From positions 1-64,000 of the IMG/VR virus record IMGVR_UViG_3300035703_000046: a DNA stretch of 64,000 nucleotides. One strand, given 5' to 3'. Below the pieces are notes generated by a model. The model did not search any database. It was not told the DNA's origin and was given only the letters and a program-made list of their open reading frames with translations. A program made the position numbers and the translations under genes. Below, piece by piece: positions 9,478-17,897 of this stretch; within the stretch, counting starts at the first letter, position 1; each line of letters starts with the position of its first letter. The DNA comes from a virus.

Positions 9478-12400
9478 TCAATATTTGCGGTTAGCAAAAG
9501 CTGCTGCAAATTCTGTGATAAGGTCGTTTGATTCTGTTGAAGCAGTTGCAATGAGTTCTTCGCTCATTAAACCAATTTGTGGCATTGCATAAGATGCGTT
9601 GCGTGTCATTGGTGTGCGTTCAACGTGTTTCTTCATAGAGTCAAAGCCTGCGTCGTTGAAGCTCATGAGTTCATCAACTTGTTCTTTGATAGCATGTTTG
9701 TCACGACCGATGAGACCTTTGGCTGCCATTTCGTTAGCAAGGTCATAGGCGCGAGCAATTTTAACGCGGAAAGTTTCCATGTTTTCTGCTTTTTTGGCTT
9801 GAGCATGTTCTGAAGTTAATTCAGCTGCAAATTCTTTGCTGGCTTTATCTTTGGCTTGACCATAGAAGTCTTTCCAGTATTTAACTGCAGCTGCATCGAG
9901 ACCTGCTTTGACGAGTTGATCAACTTCAGATGCTTCAATGCGACCGGCTGTAACAAGTTTCTGAATATCTTCTGCTGCTTTCTTGGTTTTTGCAGAAACT
10001 TCTTTTGTTGCAACTTCATGAACTGCTGAAGCAACTTCTTCGAGAGTTTCAACTTTAGCGCCTTCGCCTTTCATGCCTGAAAGTATTGGACCGCCTTTAC
10101 CGTGTGCATCTTGAAGAATTTTGCTGAATTGCATTGCTTTGGCAGCTTGTTTTGCACGATATGCTGCGCGACCTTCTTTGGTGGTAAGATCATCTGAGGC
10201 GAGTGCTGCTTTGGCATCTTCTGCTTTTTGGAATTCCATAGTGTTTCCTGATTTATCTGTTACTTTAACGGGACCATGATGAACGTCATCGGCTGCATCG
10301 TCTGAATCCATCATTGCAAGGATATCATCAACTGAAAGTTCATCGCCTTTATCCATGTCCATCATATGATGCATGTCTTTTTTGCTCATGTGGTCCTTTG
10401 CTGCTCCGTCATCAGCTAATGATGCTGGGCTATATGGTTTTGGTTTTGCTGCTTGTGGTTTGCCTGCAACTGCTCCTGAAAGACCTGGAGTAGAGGAGGC
10501 AGTTCCACTAACAGCTGCTTCGCCAGGAGCAGGGGCTTTTCCACCAGATGTAAAGGCAGTTCCTCTTTCTTTAGAGCTTAAAAGAAGTTTGCCTTTAAGA
10601 GCTTCAGATAGTTGTTTTAACTCTGCTGGAGTTAATTTAGCAGAAAGTGTATTTACAACTGGTTTTGGTAATTCTTGAGACATTTCAACAAATGGATCTT
10701 GTGCAACTTTAACCATGCGAACTTCTTGTTTTGCTTGTTTGACAAGTACTTCTGTTGAAGAAGCATATTTGCTAAATGCGCTCATAAGAGTGTATGCATC
10801 GGCAATCACTTCGCGTGCTGCTGCTTTGCTTTCTGCAACTGTATCTAGTACTTCAGCAGAAGCGTTCTTTACAAGAACTTGTCTTGCAAGTCTAAGTTCA
10901 TCAATAACGCCTGCTAATTTAACAGATGTTTCTTTCATTGCTGAAAGAATTGTTCTGCCAAGTTTTTTCTGCATTGCCATGAGAGAAGCTGTTGTTGGAG
11001 ATAATGCAGGTGATTGTGCAAGACCTTCAAGTTCAGGAGTTGGTGATTCTGCAGCTTTTTCAGTGAGAAGTGCTTCTACACCTTTGCGAAGATCTGCGTG
11101 GAGTTCTTCGAGTTTGTCAAGTAATCCAGGAAGGTCTTTAGCTGGGTCTCCAGATACGCCTGCTGCTGCTGGTTTTTCTGCTGGCTCTTCGCCCATTTCA
11201 GGAAGTTCTGGCATTTCGGGCATAGCTAAATCTGCTGGAGCAGGAGCTGCTGGAGCGGCTGGTGCTGCGGGAGCAGGTGCAGCCTGAGCGGATTTGTACA
11301 TGCTGGCAACTTTTTCTAGACCATTGCTGCGGATTTTTGCAATTAATGAACGACCAAAGCCTTCATTTGCAACGCTGTCATAAAGTGCAACTGTGCGACC
11401 GGCAGTGATTTCATTAACACTTGCTGAGAATACAAGTTTTTTGTCTGCAAATACCTCCCAACGTGAATTGGCAAGATCGTCATTGCCATTTGCAGAAGCT
11501 GCCTTTAAGAATCTAGCGGTGAGTTTTGCACGAGAAAGCATTTGTTTCTTTTCTAAGTCTTTGGGGAAAAGACCGTCAACATCGCCTGTATCTGGGAATG
11601 GAGGAGCGCCTACCATTTGTTTATCCTGAGTGTTGCGGATTTTATCTGCATCTTCTTTTGGATATGTTTGTGGTTCGTTAGCTCCGCCGCCACCTTGGAA
11701 GTAAGCTTGTTTTTTAGCAAGATTTGCTTTTGCGGCTTCTAATGCTGCTTGACGACGAATTGAGCGCATTTCTTCTTCTGCTAAGCGTTGTAATCTGCGT
11801 TTGCGAGCTTCTTCGGTTTCGCCGAAAGATTCATAACCAGGGTGCATTCCATCAACTGGACCGGTGTTCATTTGACCGACCATTTGTTTGTCTTGGGTGT
11901 TGCGAACCTTTTCTGCATCTTCTTTTGGATATGTTTGTGGCTCGTTCATTCCGCCGCCACCTTGAAAATAAGCCTTTTTCTGAGTTGTCATTTGTTCATC
12001 CTTATTAAAACTGGAAAGTTTGTTAATTCTTTCAAATATTGTGTCTAATTTATCAGAAATGTTTTTTAGTGCATATTCTGAAGATTTATCAGAAGCTTCT
12101 TTTCCTAATTGATTAGGTGAATTTTCTGATGGTTTGTCTTTTACTTCTTTCAATAATTCTTCAATTTGTGCTTTTAATGCACCTAATTGCTCTGTAGCTT
12201 CTTCTAAAGAAGATACTAATCCTTCCATCTTGCCAGAAGTTTCTGGTTTTGATGTCTCTGATTCAGATGATTCTGACTCAGAGGCTTCGGGATCTTTTTT
12301 CAAGAATTCTTGTTCTTTTGCTTCAACATATTTAGCAATGCTATTAGCAGCTGCTATAATTGTTTTAATTTTTGCCTTTGGATCGGCACCATTTACAACA

Positions 12401-13092
12401 ATGGATAATTCAATTGGGTTTAAATCCAAATTGACTTCACCATAACATGATTTATTTTTCATATGGTTACAGAAATCGGATTCTGTACGAGCCACATTGC
12501 CACAATCATAGCAAACTGCTTTACCAACACCTGTTCCCATGGAAACAGAAGCTGCATAACCAGTTGAAACTTTTCGTGCTAAATCTGGATAGTTCTTTTT
12601 ATCCAAAGCGCACAATGCAACTACTCTTTTTAATTTGTGATCATAATAAGTATCGACAATTAATCCTCGAATCATGTCAACAGAAGAGCTTTTATGATCT
12701 AAGCAAAGAGGTTTGCCAACCCATTTTTTATGAGCAGAAATAAGCTCTTGGGCGGGGAAAATATCAGAATTATTATTTTTATATGGTCTTATACTTGGGT
12801 CGTTGCTTTTCCAAATAACTCCATCGCCTTTTTTCTCCCACCAAACTTTAACTGGCTCGCCAGAAGCTGTAACTTTTAAGCTGCCATCTTCATTGATAGC
12901 TGAATGCTCAGCGGCGTGCATCATTACTGCGCTAAAATAAAGAAAATCATCTCCTTTTGGAGCAATAATTTTTAATTCTTTGGCAATTTTTTCAAATTTA
13001 TTTTGAATCTCTGGATCGGATAAAACGCTTTCAACGTCTTGAATATCCGATGCTGTAATTGAAATAGATTCACCAATTTTTACTAACGACAT
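9478..13092 (-). CDS. Prohead maturation protease fused to scaffolding protein
   Basis: N-terminal about 250 aa has GKPLCLDH (His), SVSMG (Ser), a CxxC..CxH knuckle and ELSIVVNGADPKAKI, typical of HK97/assemblin-fold head proteases; long Ala/Pro-rich coiled-coil scaffold-like C-terminus. Confidence 0.75.
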   Translation of the reverse strand: MSLVKIGESISITASDIQDVESVLSDPEIQNKFEKIAKELKIIAPKGDDFLYFSAVMMHAAEHSAINEDGSLKVTASGEPVKVWWEKKGDGVIWKSNDPSIRPYKNNNSDIFPAQELISAHKKWVGKPLCLDHKSSSVDMIRGLIVDTYYDHKLKRVVALCALDKKNYPDLARKVSTGYAASVSMGTGVGKAVCYDCGNVARTESDFCNHMKNKSCYGEVNLDLNPIELSIVVNGADPKAKIKTIIAAANSIAKYVEAKEQEFLKKDPEASESESSESETSKPETSGKMEGLVSSLEEATEQLGALKAQIEELLKEVKDKPSENSPNQLGKEASDKSSEYALKNISDKLDTIFERINKLSSFNKDEQMTTQKKAYFQGGGGMNEPQTYPKEDAEKVRNTQDKQMVGQMNTGPVDGMHPGYESFGETEEARKRRLQRLAEEEMRSIRRQAALEAAKANLAKKQAYFQGGGGANEPQTYPKEDADKIRNTQDKQMVGAPPFPDTGDVDGLFPKDLEKKQMLSRAKLTARFLKAASANGNDDLANSRWEVFADKKLVFSASVNEITAGRTVALYDSVANEGFGRSLIAKIRSNGLEKVASMYKSAQAAPAPAAPAAPAAPAPADLAMPEMPELPEMGEEPAEKPAAAGVSGDPAKDLPGLLDKLEELHADLRKGVEALLTEKAAESPTPELEGLAQSPALSPTTASLMAMQKKLGRTILSAMKETSVKLAGVIDELRLARQVLVKNASAEVLDTVAESKAAAREVIADAYTLMSAFSKYASSTEVLVKQAKQEVRMVKVAQDPFVEMSQELPKPVVNTLSAKLTPAELKQLSEALKGKLLLSSKERGTAFTSGGKAPAPGEAAVSGTASSTPGLSGAVAGKPQAAKPKPYSPASLADDGAAKDHMSKKDMHHMMDMDKGDELSVDDILAMMDSDDAADDVHHGPVKVTDKSGNTMEFQKAEDAKAALASDDLTTKEGRAAYRAKQAAKAMQFSKILQDAHGKGGPILSGMKGEGAKVETLEEVASAVHEVATKEVSAKTKKAAEDIQKLVTAGRIEASEVDQLVKAGLDAAAVKYWKDFYGQAKDKASKEFAAELTSEHAQAKKAENMETFRVKIARAYDLANEMAAKGLIGRDKHAIKEQVDELMSFNDAGFDSMKKHVERTPMTRNASYAMPQIGLMSEELIATASTESNDLITEFAAAFANRKY
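11609..11976 (-). repeat. Two-copy ~35-codon repeat inside the scaffold (K[KQ]AYFQGGGGxNEPQTYPKEDAxKxRNTQDKQMVG)
   Basis: Copies at about 11878-11976 and 11609-11712, near-identical in protein with synonymous DNA differences. Confidence 0.9.
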
Positions 13093-13147
13093 TTATCATC
13101 CTTGTTTTAAATAAATATTTTCCTGAATATACAAATTTAGCCATATA

Positions 13148-13282
13148 TTATTTCAATTTATCTTTGGAAGAATCTTTATTTTCTTCTTCGGCATTTTTTT
13201 GTATTTTTTCTTGTTCCTTCTTCATTTCTTCGGTGCTTAAAATTTTAATAGGAACAACATCACCAATTTTAATAAAAGCCAT
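13148..13282 (-). CDS. Small 44-aa protein missed by the ORF track (MAFIKIGDVVPIKILSTEEMKKEQEKIQKNAEEENKDSSKDKLK)
   Basis: SD AGGA; fills the intergenic gap; N-terminus resembles the protease N-terminus MSLVKIGES. Confidence 0.6.
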   Translation of the reverse strand: MAFIKIGDVVPIKILSTEEMKKEQEKIQKNAEEENKDSSKDKLK

Positions 13283-13289
13283 ACTATCC

Positions 13290-14009
13290 TTACGTTGCTA
13301 TTCTGGTAGCGTTTCTCAAATCTTGTGGATATGAAACCTTTTGAGAATCAGAGAAATTTAAACTTTGTGGTCTTTTTTTAATCTGTGGTAATTGACCACC
13401 TTCTGACTCATTTATTTTCTTATAAATTTCTATAACAGTTGGTATTTTTTCTTCTAAATTTTCTTTATAATTATTATCAGAAATCCAACTATCACCTGCA
13501 ATATTTTCTGACAAGTGTTTAATTATTCTATCTCTACAGAGTTCTTCTGTTTGGTTAATTTCTTTTCGAAGATTATCAATTGCCGCAATGAGTTTATCTT
13601 TAAACTCAGATATTGAATAATCGTCTAGTGTGTTAATTAGTTTTGCTTTTGCTGAAAAAACATCAGAAATACTTTCTTTAAAAGTATTAATTAGTTCAAT
13701 GCAATGAGTATCTGTAGAAAAATAATTTAAAGATTTTAAAGATTTAATAGAAATTTTTTGTAAAGTTGTAAAATGCTTTTTAACTTGTAATTTAATTAAA
13801 TTTAATCTTCCGCGAAATTTTATTAAATCATCTTTTGGAATTGAATCTGCGGTTTTAAACGGATCGTATAATTTATCTAAATAATTTTTTATTATTGAAA
13901 TAGAATTAATAACATAAGAGAAATTCTTAACAGCATGATTTGCAATTTCTTTTTCAGAATCAGGGACTTTAAAAGACATTTCTAATGCTGCAGCTAGTTT
14001 TGTAATCAT
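13290..14009 (-). CDS. Hypothetical helical protein
   Basis: ORF track; N-terminal MITKLA|A. Confidence 0.7.
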   Translation of the reverse strand: MITKLAAALEMSFKVPDSEKEIANHAVKNFSYVINSISIIKNYLDKLYDPFKTADSIPKDDLIKFRGRLNLIKLQVKKHFTTLQKISIKSLKSLNYFSTDTHCIELINTFKESISDVFSAKAKLINTLDDYSISEFKDKLIAAIDNLRKEINQTEELCRDRIIKHLSENIAGDSWISDNNYKENLEEKIPTVIEIYKKINESEGGQLPQIKKRPQSLNFSDSQKVSYPQDLRNATRIAT

Positions 14010-14080
14010 AGTTTTTACTTATAACAAGTATGTTTAAAATAATATATGAATATAATATATAATTGATAGCGTTAAACTAA

Positions 14081-14884
14081 TTAAATATCAACCAATCCTT
14101 CGCCCTCAACTGGACCCCTGCCTATCGTTTGAGGCGCTCCATTTGTGCGAGTGCCCATTTGAATCATATTTTGAATTTGCGAGTCATAGTCATCAACAAG
14201 TGCATGCACTTTAGAGCCAATCCCATAATATGGGACGCTTTCAAAAGGAGCAAAAGATGTCATTTTATGATGTTCGGATGGATTTGGTAAATTATTAATT
14301 TGATAAATATTAGAAATTAAATCATTTAAATTATTTTTAAATTCACCATCATCGGCGGCAGAAGAAGAGGGACTTATTTCTGTTCCAGATTCTGTCTCTA
14401 CGGATTTATCTTTATTTTTAGGATCTAATAATTTTAGATATGTTTCCCATGATTGATATAAATTGGTATTAGTTCCAACTTTTCCGAAATTTAATTTATT
14501 TTTAATTTCATCAATTACAGCTTGAACTGATTGATTCATTCCAATTATTTTATATAAAGCAATAACAAACCCAACCTGATCTGTGTTTACAGAAGAATAA
14601 ACATAGATAGGTCTTTTGCTGAAAATGTTTTTGATGTTATTTTTTAAGTAATTAACATCGCCCCTGGCAAATTCAGTTCCGCTAATTCCTACTTGAGTGT
14701 AAATGTCTCCAAATCCGGCTTGATTAATATTTTCTTTAATTTTTTTATCAGTAGATTTATCAACACATAAAATGTTTTTTATATTAATAGTTTTTAAATA
14801 CTTTAAAATATCTGGTGTCGGTGGAGGACCAGCATAAATATCATTCCCAAGCGATTTATAAGATGTAAATTGAGCCATAATCAA
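14081..14884 (-). CDS. Tyrosine/dual-specificity phosphatase-fold protein, catalytically degenerate
   Basis: IYAGPPP..L..INIKNILCVD..RPIYVYSSVNTDQVG..IALY mirrors the DSP fold but lacks HCxxGxxR. Confidence 0.55.
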   Translation of the reverse strand: MIMAQFTSYKSLGNDIYAGPPPTPDILKYLKTINIKNILCVDKSTDKKIKENINQAGFGDIYTQVGISGTEFARGDVNYLKNNIKNIFSKRPIYVYSSVNTDQVGFVIALYKIIGMNQSVQAVIDEIKNKLNFGKVGTNTNLYQSWETYLKLLDPKNKDKSVETESGTEISPSSSAADDGEFKNNLNDLISNIYQINNLPNPSEHHKMTSFAPFESVPYYGIGSKVHALVDDYDSQIQNMIQMGTRTNGAPQTIGRGPVEGEGLVDI

Positions 14885-15189
14885 TATAAGTGATTTATAA
14901 TATTATCTAAAACATTTTTAATATATCTGCTATCGTGACCAATTAGAATGGTTTTAATGAACGTAATAGACTGACCCATAGAAGAACTAGCGGGTGTTTT
15001 CTTGGAAGCAATCTCGGTTGGGTTTAACTTCCTAATCTTATCTCTCATTGATTTATAAACTTGAGGTCTTTTTTCCGGAGAAATTCTTGTTAATAAAAAT
15101 TTAACAATATCTGCAATTCCTTTGCCTGCAGATTCTGGAGAGCCCATTTCAATTGTGGCAGCAGCTAATTTAAACATCCTGTGATTCAT
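14881..15189 (-). CDS. Hypothetical protein
   Basis: ORF track; N-terminal MFKLA|A. Confidence 0.65.
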   Translation of the reverse strand: MNHRMFKLAAATIEMGSPESAGKGIADIVKFLLTRISPEKRPQVYKSMRDKIRKLNPTEIASKKTPASSSMGQSITFIKTILIGHDSRYIKNVLDNIINHLY

Positions 15190-15577
15190 GTTTGTCCTTG
15201 GCTTGCATTTCTAACAAGCAAACGTTTTCAATCTCATCAATGGGCGTGTTTTCAAGCAATGCTTTATCAAAAATTTTTTTAAATTTTCTCATTACTTCTT
15301 CTACATTTTCTGGATTTTTTTTATTAACATTTCTTAGATAGCTAGAATATGTGAGGTCTTCGTTATGATCATGATGATGATTGTGATGATGATGGTTAGC
15401 CTTGGATTCTTTTTGATACTTTTTCATTCTCTCATCTTTATGCTTGAAAAATTCAATATCTTTTAAACGTTCTTGGGCTGCTGCTAAAGAGTGATAAGTG
15501 CCCATGTTTTTTCCTTTTTCAGAAAAAACTCTCCAGGTATTTTGATTAATTTTTTTTATATATGATAATTTAATCAT
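15170..15577 (-). CDS. Hypothetical protein with a His-rich tract
   Basis: WRVFSEKGKNMGTY..AAAQERL..IEFFKH small phage domain; HHHHNHHHDH. Confidence 0.65.
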   Translation of the reverse strand: MIKLSYIKKINQNTWRVFSEKGKNMGTYHSLAAAQERLKDIEFFKHKDERMKKYQKESKANHHHHNHHHDHNEDLTYSSYLRNVNKKNPENVEEVMRKFKKIFDKALLENTPIDEIENVCLLEMQAKDKHESQDV

Positions 15578-15939
15578 TTTAATGATTGCATATAATTAAA
15601 TTTTTCAGCAAAACCATCATATTCTTCTTCATAAATATCTTTAATATATAGTTTTTCCTCTAACGCGACAATAGAACGAACGCTCCAAACATTAAGAAAA
15701 ACTTTTGCAAATCTTCCCTTTTTTTCGACCAAAACAATCAAAGAATCGCCAACGGCAGCAACTAACTTTCCCCGAATGACGTTTTTTTGCTCAATATCCT
15801 GTTCAGCAAATTTAGTTGTAGTTTTTACATCCCCAGAATAGACTTCTACTAATTGATCTTTTAAATGAACAATAACGGCAGCTGCATAGGGGTGAAGCTT
15901 TATATCTTCCATGTGGATATCATCGCCAGTTTCTATCAT
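15574..15939 (-). CDS. Hypothetical protein (possible Sm-like beta fold)
   Basis: IRGKLVAAVGDSLIV...VFLNVWSVRSI; the fold call is a guess. Confidence 0.55.
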   Translation of the reverse strand: MIETGDDIHMEDIKLHPYAAAVIVHLKDQLVEVYSGDVKTTTKFAEQDIEQKNVIRGKLVAAVGDSLIVLVEKKGRFAKVFLNVWSVRSIVALEEKLYIKDIYEEEYDGFAEKFNYMQSLK

Positions 15940-17897
15940 GAATTCCTCATTAAAAATTTTCTATGATTTGATTCTATTTCTTCATCAGAGATTTCATCTG
16001 CAAATGTAGGTAAATTTTCTGCTATTACAGTATATACATTTTTATTAATTTTTTTATTAATTTCTTTCGATAATAAATTTGAAAGTTCAATTGCTGCTAG
16101 TTTAAAGTTACTTTCCGTATGTGCAATTGCTTGTATTTGAATTTTATTATCTAATTTGTGCAATGTAGTTACTCCTTTAAGATAATCCTGAATTAAATAA
16201 CTTAAATTGTTAGCATATTCTAAATTATCAGTTAAATCGCTACCTTCTACTTGAATTAATATTTTTTTCTCTGGATTATTTATTTTAAATATTGCATTTT
16301 TAACTAAATAAGTTAATGGAGATGCGTATAATGTTTTTGATAATTCATCTATTTTAGAAACAGATTGTTCAGAAGATCCAGGTGCGGAAAATTTCGAATC
16401 TTCTTTCTGTGAAGAAACTCTTGATAATTCGGGGAATTTATCAGAGTATTTTTTTAAAAATTCATCATAAATACTTTTTACATTCCCGGTGTACTGCTCA
16501 ACGGGAGCTGTGTAATATTTTTCTTTTGATAATGTTTCAGAGGCTGCTACAGGCTTGCCTTCTTGAATTTTTTCCAAAGATTTTGGAAATTTATTTTTTA
16601 ATCTTTCTAAATATGCTTCAAAACCTTTTTCTAAAGTTGGATAAGCTCTCCATTTTGCAGATTTTTCAACATACTCCTTGCCTTCTTGAGTATATTCTTT
16701 TGTATCCATTGCATAATACATATTAGAGCTATCTGAGAGCCAGCTATCAAAAGCTTTTAAATTACCAACATTATTTCCTATAAATTTATATTTTCTTCCA
16801 TGTTCCCAAGTAAGCTGAGCCCACATAAAGGCAAGCGTTTCTAAACTTGGAAGCTCTCCAAAAAAATTTTGATATGCATCTTTTAGCATTTCCGCAACTT
16901 CATCTGGGCTATGAGGATTTAAAGTATTTTTAATATCAACTCTTTTTGCTTTAATATTAGATTCTGATGATAGGGCATGTTTAATAATTTTTGAATAAAA
17001 GTTTTTTCTTGCTTCTGAAATAGAAGACAATGATCCAGAAGAACCAGAAACAACTTTTATAACATCAGTTTTTCTAAGGATAAATCTTTTATCATTAGCA
17101 AGTGTAGGATCAATTAACACTACATCTGCTTTGATTTTAATATTTGTATCTGGAATAATAAAATCATCAGATAAAACAGAGAGTAGCAAGTGACCTATAG
17201 TTGCAGATTTGCCTTGAGATGGAACTTGATATGCCACATATCCAATGGTTCCATTTAAAATGGCTTTAGCCAGTCTATTATAAAATTCTTCATTAATTTT
17301 ATTTTCAATGTCTTCTAAAGAAATATTTAAACTGCCGTTGATAGCTGTATTTAATTTTTCTTTTAATGCACCTTGAGCTGATGGAGTAATTGTTATTGAA
17401 AAATTATTATAATTTAAATTTTTGTAGTAATTACTGTCTGAAAATTTAATATTAATAGATTTTTTTAATGGCAAGTCATAATTGTGCTCTTCCATTAATT
17501 TTTCGTATTCATTTACAATTTCTGAAGTTAATGAGCGAAAAGATTTTACACGACCAGTAACACTACTTACTATCCCAGCTTGGTCTAAATTTTTATCAGT
17601 TTTTATTAAAGTCTTGTCTAATAATTCTTTTAAAACTTTTAGCTCTGAACGATATTCTTCTAGCTCTTTATCTTTAATAGCGTCTTGAACTTTTTCAATT
17701 TGTTGTTTAATTTCATCTAATGTTGAAGAGTATTCAACAGATTCTGTTTCTAATTTTTCAACTTCTTCTTTAAATTCTGGAGAAAATTGTGTCTTTAACC
17801 AATTTTTTAATCGGCGCAAGACTCCAGCAACCTTAACGATTTGATCGTCAGGTAATCTGCTTAATTGGCTGCTGGATATTTTAATTAATTCATGCAT
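15936..17897 (-). CDS. Virion-associated peptidoglycan hydrolase (GH73/FlgJ glucosaminidase-like domain)
   Basis: AQLTWEHG..NNVGNLKA..TKEY..WRAYPT..GFEAY..YYTAP..Y matches the GH73 pattern (catalytic E, YxT motif). Confidence 0.75.
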   Translation of the reverse strand: MHELIKISSSQLSRLPDDQIVKVAGVLRRLKNWLKTQFSPEFKEEVEKLETESVEYSSTLDEIKQQIEKVQDAIKDKELEEYRSELKVLKELLDKTLIKTDKNLDQAGIVSSVTGRVKSFRSLTSEIVNEYEKLMEEHNYDLPLKKSINIKFSDSNYYKNLNYNNFSITITPSAQGALKEKLNTAINGSLNISLEDIENKINEEFYNRLAKAILNGTIGYVAYQVPSQGKSATIGHLLLSVLSDDFIIPDTNIKIKADVVLIDPTLANDKRFILRKTDVIKVVSGSSGSLSSISEARKNFYSKIIKHALSSESNIKAKRVDIKNTLNPHSPDEVAEMLKDAYQNFFGELPSLETLAFMWAQLTWEHGRKYKFIGNNVGNLKAFDSWLSDSSNMYYAMDTKEYTQEGKEYVEKSAKWRAYPTLEKGFEAYLERLKNKFPKSLEKIQEGKPVAASETLSKEKYYTAPVEQYTGNVKSIYDEFLKKYSDKFPELSRVSSQKEDSKFSAPGSSEQSVSKIDELSKTLYASPLTYLVKNAIFKINNPEKKILIQVEGSDLTDNLEYANNLSYLIQDYLKGVTTLHKLDNKIQIQAIAHTESNFKLAAIELSNLLSKEINKKINKNVYTVIAENLPTFADEISDEEIESNHRKFLMRNS

